Source of the DNA: Mobula hypostoma | Taxonomy: Eukaryota | DNA: 64,000 bases | Assembly: GCF_963921235.1 (NCBI RefSeq) | Contig: NC_086097.1 | Location: 36,024,001-36,088,000, forward strand | Reading direction: 5' to 3' | In this document: piece by piece, positions 26,060 through 39,500 of the stretch | Layout: each line of letters opens with the position of its first letter | Position numbering within the stretch: position 1 is the stretch's first letter | The notes under the pieces: generated by a model | Database searches by the model: none | Told to the model about the DNA's origin: nothing | Seen by the model: only the letters and a program-made list of their open reading frames with translations | Program-made: the position numbers and the translations under genes

Positions 26060-26370
26060 AATGATCAGCTTTATTTGCCACGTGTGCATCAAAACATACA
26101 GTGGAATGTGCCATTTGCATCAAATCTAATCAGTGAGGACCATGCTCGTCAGCCCGCAAGTGTCGCCACACTTTCAGTGCCAACATAACATACCCACAAC
26201 TCACTAACCCACTGTATATCATTGGAATGTGGGAGGAAACCAGAGCACCTGGAGGAAACCCAATCAGACATGGAGAGAACATACAAACTCCTTACAGGAA
26301 ACAGAGGGAATCAAACCCCAATCTTATAACTGGTGTTGTAATAGTGTTACACTAACCACTGCACTGGAAC
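26060..26370 (-). mobile_element. V-SINE-like SINE (tRNA-like head, V-domain, LINE-like tail)
   Basis: Minus strand reads agtgcagtggttag (A-box-like)...gggtttgattcc (B-box-like), then ctgtaaggagtttgtatgttctctcc...gggtttcctccaggtgctctggtttcctcccaca (V-domain-like), ending ...gtggcaaataaagctgatc. Relatives at about 11990-12130, 12520-13085, 42538-42615 and 59600-59750. Confidence 0.65.
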
Positions 26371-27469
26371 ACGCCCATAATTACGGTCTTCAATGAGTCT
26401 CCATGTCAACAGGCAGGGCAACATATTTGAGATAACCGTATAATTTACTCTGCTTCCAAACTCGGTTGTCTTGAAATCAATAAAACAATGGAAGGAATAA
26501 GAAATGGAGGGAGGGAGGGGCAGGTAAAACAAAAGATAAATTGAGTCCCTTTGACTTCCTCCCGCAGACCCATTAGCAGTGAGCACTCATGAAGCCAAAA
26601 CTCTAACCTTATTATTGTGCCTCAGTAGTAACTTTTAATTTACCATCAAGCCCTTCTGAGAGTGGTTTTCAAATATTCTGGGCCTCAAAATGAATTAAAG
26701 TCCTTTATTGTTCAGAAGATTGGCTTTAAGCAGGGTGGCCCAAAAACTAAATGGTAGCAACACACAAAATGCTGGAGGAACTCAACAGGTCAGGTACTAT
26801 TTATGGAGGGGAATCAATAGTCGAGATTTCAGGCCAAGACTCTTTATCAGTCCTGACACTTCATCAGTATTGCTTTGGATTTCCAGCATCTGCAGAATCT
26901 CCTGTGTTTATAACCAACTGGTTTCTGTTATTTGGAGACACAAAAGGCCACAGATACTGTAGTCTAGAGAGAGATGAAAAAAAAGCAAACTGCTGGGGAA
27001 GCTGAGTGTGTTGAGCAAGACATGACTGGACAAATGGATTGTCAATGTTTCAGGTTGAGCCCCTTGCAACAGGGTCTGAAACGTTGACTATTCCTTTGCC
27101 TCCACAGATGCTGCTTGACACAAAAAAATTCCTCCACCAGTTTGCTTTTTGCTTGGTGCTAGTTTCTGCTATTTGTTTGATCTTATGCTTCATAGACCGC
27201 AGCATCTACAGTTCTATTATTTATATGCAGCATCACTATATCCATTGACAATAAGTTTCAAAATCTGGAGGGGTCCGTTTATAATTATGAACAATCAAAG
27301 TATAATCTGTCCAATTTCTCTGCAGTCATCAAGACATAGTCTTGAGACCACGAGACATTTCTCCTCAAGGAAATAAAACCTTCACATCATTTGTCAACCA
27401 AGCAATCATTAAAACTAAAGAAACAAATCTGTAACTCCACAGGGCACTTAAATAATGAAATTAAAGGAG

Positions 27470-28680
27470 CAGACATAGATTTATGAAAGCAAAATCAAGT
27501 TTGACAAATCCTTTAGAGCTTTCTAAAGTTGTAAGGAACAGAAAGCTTGGGGGGGGCAGTGAATGGATGTATTTGGATCTTCAGAAGGTTTTTAACGAGG
27601 TGCAACTTAGGAGGGTATTAAACATGGGTATAGAGGTGATACACAGGAATAGCCTGATTAATGAACACAAAACAGTAATATCTGGGTTGAGTACTACAAT
27701 TCAAAAGGGATCAGCGCTGGGTTCCCAGATGCTCAAAATTGGTATCAATGATTTGGATGAGGGGATCAGTTGTAATATAACCAAGCCTGATGATACAAAT
27801 CTGGGTTCCAATGTCAATTGTAAACAGTAGGCAAAGAAACTTAAAGAGACGTGAGCAGGCTAAATGAATGTCTGAGGAAATAGCAAGTGGAATATATAAT
27901 GTGGGAAAATGTAAAGTCATCCACTTGGAAAAATAGAAAAATATATTTTTTTACATGACGAGATATTGAAAAGTGTCGCTGTTCAGAGAGACTTGTGCAT
28001 TCTTCACAAATCACTGGAAGTTGACATGCAGGCAATTATGAAGGAAAATTGTATTTTGATTGTTATTGCAAGGAGATTTAATGACAAGAGTAGATATATA
28101 TTTTTTTTTACGTGATACAAGGCCCAGCTAAAACATCACCTGAAAATACAGATGTCAGCTTTGATCTCCCCACCTGTGGAAAGATATGGGTGGAGTAGAA
28201 ATATAGAAAATAGGTGCAGAAGTAGGCCATTCGGCCCTTCGAGCCTGCACCGCCATTCAGTATGATCATGGCTGATCATCCAACTCAGAACCCTGTACCA
28301 GCCTTCCCTCCATAACCCCTGATCCCTTTAGCCACAAGGACCATATCTAACTCTCTCTTAAATATAGCCAATGAACTGGCCTCAACTGTTTCCTGTGGCA
28401 GAGAATTCCACAGATTCACCACTCTCTGTGGGAAGAAGTTTTTCCTAATCTCAGTCCTAAAAGGCTTCCCCTTTATCCTCAAACTGTGACCCCTCGTTCC
28501 CTAACATTGGGAGTAGAAGGAGTGCAATAAGGGTTTATCAGATTGATTCCTTGAATCTTGTCCACTGAGAAGAGATTAAGCAGACTGTTTGAAAGAATGA
28601 TAGATTATATAATTGGAACGTACAAAATTTTTATAGGATTTGATAGGGTAAGATGCAGGGATGACATCTCTTGTACTCAA
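27470..28680 (+). mobile_element. Old CR1-like fragment split by a younger minus-strand CR1 tail (28201-28509)
   Basis: ORF 27483-27830 (YLDLQKVF...QKGSALG...INDLDEG). Nested ORF 28285-28482 (FRTEIRKNFFPQRVVNLWNSLP). Confidence 0.8.
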
Positions 28681-29344
28681 TACAATGATTTGTGAAGGCC
28701 AATGTGCCCAAAACTTTCGTTATGACCCTATCAACCTGTGACACGACTTTCAATGAATTATGGACCTGTCCTCTCAGGTTATGGCAGGGTTGTGGTAATG
28801 TGAACTACACATAACCCACAGAGGTCTCAAGCTGGAAATGTGGCCTAGATCTCAGTCCTCGAGTGGCAGAAAATAACCTGAAGCTCTTCACAGCCAGTCT
28901 ACTAGACATCTGGGCATTCATTACCTGGGAGAACCTGTATGCAGTGAAAAGTAATTCTCCGAATTCATTCATTGCAAACTCGGGACTTGTTACAAGCTGG
29001 GGCTGAGTTCACCTTGTACAATTGAGGAGATTCACATTATATAAAGGGATCCAAAGTGACCTCCACATCTAAACTTTCAATCCCAATAGGGTGGGAAATT
29101 AATAAATTAGGCTTCTATCTTCCCCTTTGTCAGCCACGTGCTGGTTGGTAGATTAATTAGTTGCTGTAAATTTATCCCAGTGTAGCTGAGTTGCAGGACC
29201 ATTCGCCCAGTAGAAAGGAATAAGTTATTTCAAAATAAGAGAGGGAATGCAATTCATTGGATTGCTCTGGGACACAGCAGGGATTCAATGGGCCGAATAA
29301 CGTATGTATAAAAGCTAACTCATGGTCAAGGTGAACATTTTTTC

Positions 29345-30640
29345 ACAAACAAGAGAAAATCTGTAGATGCTGGAAATCCAAGCAACACGCACAAAATGCT
29401 GGATGAACTCAGCAGGTCAGGCAGCATCTATGGAAAAACGTACAGTTGACGTCTCAGCCGAGACCCTTCAGCAGGACTGGAGAAAAAAAAGATGAGAAGT
29501 AGGTTTAAAAGGTGGGAGAGGGGAGAGAGAAGCATGAGGTGATAGGTGAAACCTGAAGGGGGAGGGATGAAGTAAAGAGCTGAGAAGTTGATTGGTGAAA
29601 GAGATGCAGGGCTGGAGAAGGGGGAGTCTGATAGGAGTGGACAGAAGGCCAGGAAAGAAAGAAAGAAAAATGGGGAAGTAGCACCAGAGGGAGGTGACAG
29701 GCAGGAAAGAAGATAAGGTGAGAGAGGGAAAAGGAGATAGGGAATGGTGAAGGAGGGGGGCTGGGGCCATTAACGGAAGTTCGAGAAATCGATGTCCATG
29801 CCATCAGGTTGGAGGCTACCCAGACGGAATACAAGGTGTTGTTTCCCCAACCTGAGTGTGGCCTCATCACGACGGTAGAGGAGGCCATGCATTGACATAT
29901 CGGAATGGGAATGGGAAGTGGAATTAAAATGGGTGGCCACTGGGAGATCCTGCTTCTTCTGGAGGATGGAGCATAGGCGCTCAGTGAAACGGTCTCCCAG
30001 TCTATGTTGGGTTTCACCGATTATACAGGAGGCCACACTGGGAGTATCGGACATTGTGTATGACCCCAACAGACTCACAAGTGAAGTGTCGCCTCACCTG
30101 GAAGGACTGCTTGGGGCCCTAAATGGTAGTGAGGGAGGAGATTATAGGGGCAGGTGTAGCACTTGTTCTGCTTGCAAGGATAAGTGCCAGGAGGGAGATC
30201 AGTAGGGAGGGATGAATAAAGAGGGGAGTCCTGGAGAGAGCAATCCCTGTGGAGGGAAAGATGTGCTTGGGGGTGGGATCCCGCTGGAGATGGCGTAAGT
30301 TCTGGAGAATTATGTGCTGGACACCGAGGCTGGTGGGATGGTAGGTGAGGACAAGAGGAACCCTATCCCAGGTAGGTTGGCGGGAGGACGGGGTAAGAGC
30401 AGACGTATGTGAAATGAAAGAGATGCGATTGAGGGAAACATTGATGGTGGAGGAAGGGAAGCCCCTTTTTTTTTTGGAAGGAGGACATCTCCTTCATTCT
30501 GGAATGAAAAGCTTCATCCCAAGAGCAGATGCGGTAGAGACGGAGAAATTGAGAGAAAGGATTGGAATTTTTACAAGTAACAGGGTGGGAAGAGGTGTAG
30601 TCCAGGTAGCTGTGAGAGAACATTTCATCAAATCGTTTAC
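29345..30640 (-). mobile_element. Penelope-like retroelement 3' portion (GIY-YIG endonuclease remnant plus pseudo-LTR)
   Basis: ORF 29770-30078: IIGETQHRLGDRFTERL...PVATHFNS...LVFRLGSLQPDGMDIDF (GIY-YIG C-terminal half). ORF 30363-30686: HSYLDYTSSHP..CKNS.PFSQFLRL.RICS (Penelope RT C-terminal region). Confidence 0.88.
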
Positions 30641-30987
30641 AAGGTGTGGATGACACTGGCAGAGATTCCAAGCTCCGCATACCCATTTAATCTTACTGGC
30701 AGTTCCAACCCCAGTTAAGAACTAAACACGTTGATAGATCTGGAGTCACATACATTCCAGACTAAGTAAGGATGGGAGGTTTTCAAACCCTGAACTGGAC
30801 CAGGTGGGCTGTTATTACAGTCCTGTTCTGCTTGTGTGGAAATAAAGCAAAACATGACAAATTATGGCTGAAAATGAAAAACTGAAGAGGCAGTTCAGCT
30901 TCATACATAACAGCTACTAAAACATAGAAATCCCACAGCACAATACAGGCTACAATACTCTGCTACAATAAACTTTATTTCACTCAC

Positions 30988-31177
30988 CAGGCGGCCTGTT
31001 CAGAGCCAAGTTCCGAAAGTGACTACCTTTAATTATTTCAACAGAAAGCCTTCCCGTTGTGGCATTGTATGACAATCCAACAAGCAGTTCTGGGACTCCA
31101 CCGTGTGAGAGCGATTGCGTGGATGAAGCACTGTCACTGTGAGAGACGCCAGACAGGCTGATCTGTGAACCTCCACT
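30988..31177 (-). CDS. SYT16: SYT16 coding exon (inter-C2 linker and start of C2B)
   Basis: ccacag|AGT ... CCT G|gtgagt, 190 nt, phase 0 to 1. Translates [64 protein letters not shown]+AC joins the last exon as Asp. Not present in the ORF track (no ATG). Confidence 0.93.
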
Positions 31178-33154
31178 CTGTGGAGCAGCAAAATATTACT
31201 TGTCAACTACAATAGCAAACAAACTGCCCGAAAATCACTAATCCCCAACCCCTGTCAACTCATCACTGGCACATCCCGCCTCACCATGGGTAGGTTCGAC
31301 AGGATGTCAACATTTGTCATTGAAGTTCCCCACCATGTGAGCCATGCCATTTTCTCAGAGCTACCATCAAGCAGGAGATACAGACGATGAAATCTCCCAC
31401 CACTCAGCTAGGGAAAAGCTACATCCTGAGCTACAAACTTCACGATATAAACCTGCTTCTGACTTCCCTTCAACCGTTCAATTCTCGAACCAACCTATGG
31501 TAACACTATGAACACTCTTGCAATACAATAGGATTCGATTTTTTTTGTTTTAATGGTATTCACTCTTGTATAACTTTGTACTGCATAATTAATGTGATGT
31601 GCCTATGATACTGCAGGAATGAAGTTTTTCATTGCAGCTGTGCACAGATGTACTTGTGCACGGGCCAATAAACTCGATTTTGAAAAAAAAAATGACTTCA
31701 AACTCCCAGGCAGTGGTTGGACATAGTTTTTGGGTCGGCAGTTGTTTCCAAGGCTGTAATGCAAATAGCATTACTCGAACCAGCGCAGCTGAATCACCAA
31801 AGGTATGCTTCCTGACTAGAAATGTAACACACTTTGTGAGGGGGTTGTGGAAGGACAGGACAGCCTATGATTTTCCATCTGTTTCAAAGGAAGCTGCATT
31901 CTGCAAAAAGGAACATGCAAAGAAAATGATCAGGTAGATGAGGAATTGCTTTCCTTCTTATTTGACTGCTACCTTTTTGTTTCTATTTCTCTCTTTGGAT
32001 CTCCACTCTCCTTTGATTATTTCCTTCTCCATCTCTGATTAACCTTTGTTCCTATTCTCCCCCTTCTGTTTCAAAATGGGGATGAAAAGTACAGGGGGAC
32101 AGTGACAAATGAAGCTGCACTGGGTTGCAAGCTTCCTGTCCCAGTGCAATTTGTGGGCAAACCGCAAGTTGAAATACTGGCCAGTTCCTTTCCTTTCATC
32201 CCTCCTCTCCATTATATCCTCTGCCTCTCACTATAAAAGCATGGCAGTGTGGTAAGTAATGAGTCCCACACTCTTAATACTATTCTGACTTTCTCACAAT
32301 GTTCTTTTTCAGACCGGTGATCTGTTGCATTCCCCGTCTCGCCTCCTTACCTCCACTGTTTGCCTCACCCTCGCATCCCCACAATGGGGAAGTGGGAGGG
32401 CAGTTCCAGATCCTGTCACCTCCATCTTCTGGGCTTATCCACCTCCCTTCCCTATTCCTTCAGGAATTCTCTTTACTTTCTCTTTACTTTTTGAATGTAC
32501 TTTCAAAAATATAACTCTTGTTTAGAAGATCTCAAATTTGTATTATAAAGGTACTCCCCTTTCTTCTTTCTCTCATATATAAGTGTCAGTAAGTGGAATG
32601 TTCATATTTTTCAACTGGGAAGATATGAATTTGATAAGTAGATAATTTGCAATTGTGTCTCATAAAATTGAAATTTAAAACTTGTTAGTGCATCTAAATG
32701 AGAATCAAGACTCTCAGCTTAAGATGCTATCTAATATTTATAGAACACAAAACTAAAACTCTAATAGTTATGTAATGAGTACAGTCTGTATTTTTTTCAC
32801 TCTCACACATATGCATGCATTGCTGATATAAAACTTCAATGAGAATTCCATACGAGAAAAATCTTTTGAAATATGATCTCCAGATTTTCTTTCAAATCGT
32901 TTGAAAAACAACTGAGCAGAGTCTTAGAAGTGGAAAAGAAATACTCCAGCAGTCTGGCTGGAATAAATCACGATATACTCTACAGATCTAGGTCTGCAGT
33001 ATGCACTTGAACCATCCTATAATTAGCTGTGTTCAGTCACGTTTTGTGGTAAAAGTATGAAGTGTATCTGGAAGAGGCTGAGGCCTTTCAGTCTAAGCTT
33101 TAGAAAATACAAAAGACAATTTTAATGGATACTACAGTACTCCTTTTTTTCTGT

Positions 33155-33535
33155 TTACAATCTGGAGGGGCATAGATAAAATGAATGGTCATAGTCTTTC
33201 TTCCAGGGTGGGGGGGCAGGGTTTAAAACTAGAGAGCATCGATTTAGGGTGAGAGGGGGAAGATTTAAAGGGAACCTGAGGGGCAACTTTTTTCCTGCAG
33301 AGGGTATATATGGTATACCCGCTGCATGAAGGGTATATACAACAAGCTGCCAGAGTAAGTCGTACAATCACAATGTTTAAAAGCTATTTGCACAGGTACA
33401 TGGATGACAAAGGTTTAGAGGGATATAGGTGAGATGCAGACAAATAAAACCACGTCAGATAGTCAACTTGGTTGGTACGGACAAGTCGGGTCAAAGAGCC
33501 CATTTCTGTGCTGTATGGCTCTCTATAACTCTATG
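33155..33535 (+). mobile_element. CR1-like 3' fragment
   Basis: tttagggtgagagggggaagatttaaagggaacctgaggggcaacttttt... followed by a gtgctgtatggctctctataactctatg tail. Confidence 0.7.
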
Positions 33536-34506
33536 AATCTCATTTTGGCCATTAGAAAGTTCAGCTAAGAGAAAGACAGTGGAGTAAATTCTTTGATAAT
33601 ACTCATGAGGTAAAGGGGATTCCATTCAGTGACGTAGCCATCACAACAAACGAGTCACAAAAAAGAGCACTGGATGTTCAGAGGCCACCCACATGTCAGA
33701 GAGGTACAGCAGAGAACTGAGACCATTTTAACTTAGACGTCTTAGAAAATTATAGCAAACTATAAAGTACATAACTTGCTTAGAAATGAAAATACTTTTG
33801 CTATAATTGTACTGTAACTAAATCAGCTTCCCAACTTTATTGTGTAGAATTACCATTCCTACCAATGGGCACATCTGCAATGAATATTCACTTTCTGTTT
33901 GCTGTTTAGATTATAATTGTCCTCTTTATTCAATATGTGACTATTATTCTCCACAAAATTTTGATTACAGAATAACATATTTAAACATATACAAATATTG
34001 AAGTAGCTTGCGATGGAAAGGACCATGTGTAGAGTTTTTTTTAAGTTTATTCATCCCCTGCTCTCCATTCTATTCTGGTAGGGTACAATTTCATAATTTA
34101 ATATTACCTCATCTATACTTTCTAGGTGTGCTGTTCACGGCTAGGAATGACCTACTATTGGCTGACTGTATGAAAAAGGAGTTTGAATGCCATCAATGCC
34201 GACAGTATATCTATTGAATTTAGGTTAAATAGCAAGAAAAAGGAGGGGACAGAGATAATTTTCTCCTTCCTATGCTCAGAGCTTCTACCTGAAATTCACT
34301 GCTTGAAGAGGTTACTTAGCTGCAACTAGTAAAAGACACCTAGACAAAAGCAAGATTTGTTGGGCCGCAGGAAAAGGGCAGTGGGGTGGGAAGGCTCATT
34401 CAAAGATTTGACACAACCACTATGGTTCCTTGCTTGCTGTGCAATTCTATTCTTGCTGCAGAAAGTATCTCTGAGTTTCAGTCACTTAATCGGTCATTGT
34501 ACTTAC

Positions 34507-34950
34507 AGTTATGTTACTCCTTGGCTCCAGGAGTAAGGACACTTCCATTTCCCCTTCTTGATTTAGATTCTTGAGGTAAAACAATTTCTCCCCCATCATT
34601 CTCACCCGGTTCATCTTCCTCACTGCGTACAGGCGGAACCGGAGAGCAGAACAGTGGAGCTCCTCGGTCACCAACTTGTGAAACCTGAAGGTCTCATTGA
34701 AGACAGGCGTGGGTCCTCGCTGGATGCTGGTTTTGGAGCGTTGCTTCCTGCTAGGGAGGAGGACTGCATGTACCTGCCATGCACTAGCGCCACTCCTGTC
34801 CTTATCTGGGATGTCTTTAGCAGTGATTATTGTAACTTCCAGTTTGTGGTCGGAGGGTTTGTAATTGAATATGACGTAGAGGTCTCCGCATTTTGAAATT
34901 GGTCCAGGTAGCTCCTGCTGCTGAGGGGCTGCAAGGCTGGCATCTGCATC
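34507..34950 (-). CDS. SYT16: SYT16 coding exon (C2A domain)
   Basis: ttttag|GAT ... ACT|gtaagt, 444 nt, phase 0 to 0. Translates DADASLAAPQQQELPGPISKCGDLYVIFNYKPSDHKLEVTIITAKDIPDKDRSGASAWQVHAVLLPSRKQRSKTSIQRGPTPVFNETFRF...LRFRLYAVRKMNRVRMMGEKLFYLKNLNQEGEMEVSLLLEPRSNIT. Confidence 0.92.
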
Positions 34951-36571
34951 CTAAAATTGATTAAAGTCTTTGGGTTAATGCACATGTGAGTTACAAAGCT
35001 GTATCCCCATTGTTCTTCCATCTATAACTAGATTATAGTCTGAGGTAAAGGATTTTTCTGAATTGGTATTTAAAATTTTTGCTGCTATAAAATATTAAAC
35101 CTGGAGCTTACAAAGTAAATGCCACCGAACTACAAGGCACCGAGGAAGGATGTAGGTGTGATCCACAGTCCAAGCCAGGTTAACTGATACAGTCAGAGTA
35201 ACTACAGGGAATGCTGCAAATGGCCATTCATCAGCATGTCAAGTGACCAGCGTAAGTATTCTCTGGAAATGGTGGCCTGCTATCACATACCTCTCAGGCT
35301 TTCATAGGGAAGACTACATGAGTAGGATGTAAGAGTGCCTTGGCATCATCTCAGCATAGGGTCATGCTTACTACAGAGATTGAGTAAGTTTGATTAATAG
35401 GACAGGATATTACAACCCCTAAAGTTTCTGCACTTCACTTGACTTGAGTGGAAGTAGTCCTTGAAGATGCCCAGTAGATGATGTTACTACCATTACGACA
35501 CATCTTCAGTTGTGTACCTCGACATCACTGAGTGTTTCGGCCTTTTATCACAAGAACCCTCAGCCGAGGCAGGGCCACGACAGGCTGATCAGACCTGGGT
35601 GTGTGTCACATGGTTAGTCTCTAGATGGTCACTTGGCAGCCCAGACAGCACCCCTTCTTTTCAACCACAGCCAGTGACTGCTCATTTCGGCGGCATGAGC
35701 AAGTGCTTTGATTGCCTTCCTATGGGCCTGCCCTCTGACCCCTACTTCCCTCAGCAGCCTTACGGTGTAATGAAACAGATACTAGTTTGTATTGACTTTC
35801 ATTCACAAGTGTTGTCTAAACAAATGAAGCAAAGCTGCAAAAGAATGGAAAATGAAAAAAACAGACATGGATTTCTAAAGCACCTTTCATAACTTTGAGA
35901 CATCTAAAAACACTTACAGTCAATGAAAGACTTTTCATAAATGTAGTTTCTGTGGCAATTAAGCAGCACAACTGCCAACTTGTGCACAGCATGGTCCTAA
36001 AAACAGTGGTGTTATCACTGTTAGAAATTCAGCAGGTCAGAAGCATCTCTGGAAAGGAATAAATTTCAGGCCAAAACACTTCAACAGAACTCAGACTGAA
36101 ATGTCGATTCTTTATTCTTTTCGTGATTTGCTGAGCTCTGCCAGCATTTTGTATGTCCTGCTCTGGATTTCCAGCATCTGCAGAGTCTCTTGTGCTTATG
36201 TTGTTTATTCTACTAACTGAGGAATAAAGCTGGTCTGATCATCAGGAATAACTGCTCAACTCCAAAGCCAAAGGGAACAGGTTATTTTCTGAAAACCTTG
36301 GTTAATGCCTTATCTGACAGATAACTGGGCAGCAACCTGTCAGCGCTGTCCCAGAACATCAGCCAAGGTTTCATGGCTCAGTGTCCAAAGATGGAAGCCA
36401 GAACACTAACAACGGGTACAAAGCGGCCAGAAACACAAGATAATCAACTGGAACAGGAATGGGTTGAAAGCCTTGAAATACTTCATTGGAGATAAAATCA
36501 AGCAGACATCATCTGCGACTCTTTTTCTCAAATGATGAGAGCAAGCAATGATGAGAACAGTTGTAGGAACA

Positions 36572-39500
36572 TAGAACGTAGAACAGTACAGCACAGTACA
36601 GGCCCTTCGGCCTACAATATTGTGCCGACCCTTAAACCCTGCCTCCCATATAACCCCCCCCCCCGCACCTTAATTTCCTCCATTTACCTGTCTAGTAGTC
36701 TCTTAAACTTCACTAGTGTGTCTGCCTCCGCCACTGACTCAGGCTGTGCATTCCACGCACCAACCACTCTCTGAGTAAAAATCTTCCTCTAATATCTGCC
36801 TTGAAATTCCCACCCCTTACCTTAAAGCCATGTCCTCTTGTATTGAGCAGTGGTGCCCTGGGGAAGAGTCGCTGGCTATCCACTCTATCTATTCCCCTTA
36901 ATATCTTGTATACCTCTATTATGTCTCCTTTCATCCTCCTTCTCTCCAAAGAGTAAAGCCCTAGCTCCCTTAATCTCTGATCATAATGCATACTTTCTAA
37001 ACCAGGCAGCATCCGGGTAAATCTCCTCTGTACCCTTTCCAATGCTTCCACATCCTTCCTATAGTGAGGCGATCAGAACTGGACACAGTACTCCAAGTGT
37101 GGCCGAACCAGAGTTTTATAGAGCTGCATCATTGCATCGCGACTCTTAAACTCTATCCCTCGACTTATGAAAGCTAACACCCCATAAGCTTTCTTAACTA
37201 CCCTATCCACCTGTGAGGCAACTTTCAGGGATCTATGGACATGTACCCCCAGATCCCTCTGCTCCTCCACACTACCAAGTATCCTGCCATTTACTTTGCA
37301 CTCTGCCTTGGAGTTTGTCCTTCCAAAGTGTACCACCGCACACTTCTCTGGGTTGAACTCCATCTGCTATTTCTCAGCCCACTTCTGCATCCTATCAATG
37401 TCTCTCTGCAATCTTCGACAATCCTCTACACTATCTATAACAACACCAACCTTTGTGTCGTCTGCAAACTTGCCAACCCACCCTTCTACTCCCATATCCA
37501 GGTCGTTAATAAAAATCACGAAAAGTAGAGGTCCCAGAACAGATCCTTGTGGGACACCACTAGTCACAACCCTCCAATCTGAATGTCCTCCCTCCACCAT
37601 GACCCTCTGCCTTCTGCAGGCAAGCCAATTCTGAATCCACCTGCCCAAACTTCCCTGGAGCCCATGCCTTCTGACTTTCTGAATAAGCCTACGGTGTGGA
37701 ACCTTGTCAAATGCCTTACTAAAATCCATATAGATCACATCCACTGCACTACCCTCATCTATATGCCTGGTCACCTCCTCAAAGAACTCTATCAGGCTTG
37801 TTAGACACGATCTGCCCTTCACAAAGCCCTGCTTACTGTCCCTGATCAGACCATGATTCTCTAAATGCCCATTGATCCTATCTCTAAGAACCTTTTCCAA
37901 CAGCTTTCCCACCACAGACGTAAGGCTCACTGGTCTATAATTACCCGGACTATCCCTACTACCTTTTTTGAACAAGGGGACAACACTCACCTTCCTCCAA
38001 ACCTTCGGTACCATTCCGGTGGACAATGAGGACATGAAGATCCTAGCCAGAGGCTCAGCAATCTCTTCCCTCGCCTCATGGAGCAGCCTGGGGAATATTC
38101 CATCAGGCCCCGGGGACTTATCCATCCTAATGTATTTTAACAACTCGAACACCTCCTCTCCCTTAATATCAACATGCTCCAGAACATCAACCTCACTCAC
38201 ATTGTCCTCACCGTCAAGTTCCCTCTCATTGGTGAATACCAAAGAGAAGTATTCATCGAGGACCTCGCTCACTTCCACAGCCTCCAGGCACATCTTCCCA
38301 CCTTTATCTCTAATCAGTCCTACCTTCACTCCTGTCATCATTTTGTTCTTCACATAATTGAAGAATGCCTTGGGGTTTTCCTTTACCCTACTCGCCAAGG
38401 CCTTCTCATGCCCCCTTCTTGCTCTCCTCAGCCCCTTCTTAAGCTCCTTTCTTGCTACCCTATATTCCTCAATAGACCCCTCTGATCCTTGCTTCCTAAA
38501 CCTCATGTATGCTGCCTTCTTCCATCTGACTAGATTTTCCACCTCACTTGTCACCCATGGTTCCTTCACCCTACCATTCTTTATCTTCCTCACCAGGACA
38601 AATTTATCCCTAACATCCTGCAAGAGATCCCTAAACATTGACCACATGTCCTTAGTACATTTCCCTGCAAAAACATCATCCCAATTCACACCCGCAAGTT
38701 CTAGCCTTATAGCCTCATAATTTGTCCTTGCCCAATTAAAAATTTTCCTGTCCTCTCTGATTCTATCCTTTTCCATGATAATGCTAAAGGCCAGGGAGCA
38801 GTGGTCACTGTCCCCCAGATGCTCACCCACTGAGAGATCTGTGACCTGACCCGGTTCGTTACCTAATACTAGATCTAGTATGGCATTCCCCCTAGTCGGC
38901 TGTCAACATACTGTGACAGGAATCCATCCTGGACACACTTAACAAACTCTGCCCCGTCTAAACCCTTGGAACTAATCAGGTGCCAATCAATATTAGGGAA
39001 GTGAAAGTCACCCAAGATAACAACCCTGTTATTTTTGCGCCTTTCCAAAATCTGCCTCCCAATCTGTTCCTCGGTATCTCTGCTGCTACCAGGGGGCCTA
39101 TAGAATACTCCCGATAGAGTAACTGCTCCCTTCCTGTTCCTGACTTCTACCCATACTGACTCAAAAGAGGATCCTGCTACATTACCCACCCTTTCTGTTG
39201 CTGTAATAGTATCCTTGACCAGTAATGCCACCCCTCCTCCCCTTCCCCCCCCATCCCTTTTAAAGCACTGAAATCCAGGAATATTGAGAATCCATTCCTG
39301 CCCTGGTGCCAGCCAAGTCTCTGTAATGGCCACTACATCATAATTCCATGTATGTATCCAAGCTCTCAGTTCATCACCTTTGTTCCTGATACTTCTTACA
39401 TTGAAGTACATGCACTTTAGCCCTTCTACATTACCACCTTTACACCCTTTATTCTGTTTCTCTTTCCTCAAAGCCTCTTTACATGTTAGATCTGACTTTA

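Noticed and set aside
26310..26370. tRNA gene
   Set aside because: Only degenerate A/B-box-like remnants in a SINE head; no complete cloverleaf.
37367..38830. 487-aa reverse transcriptase as a novel RT system or domesticated gene
   Set aside because: It is an ordinary CR1 ORF2 fragment bounded by stops and frameshifts within a LINE that has a tail and candidate TSD.
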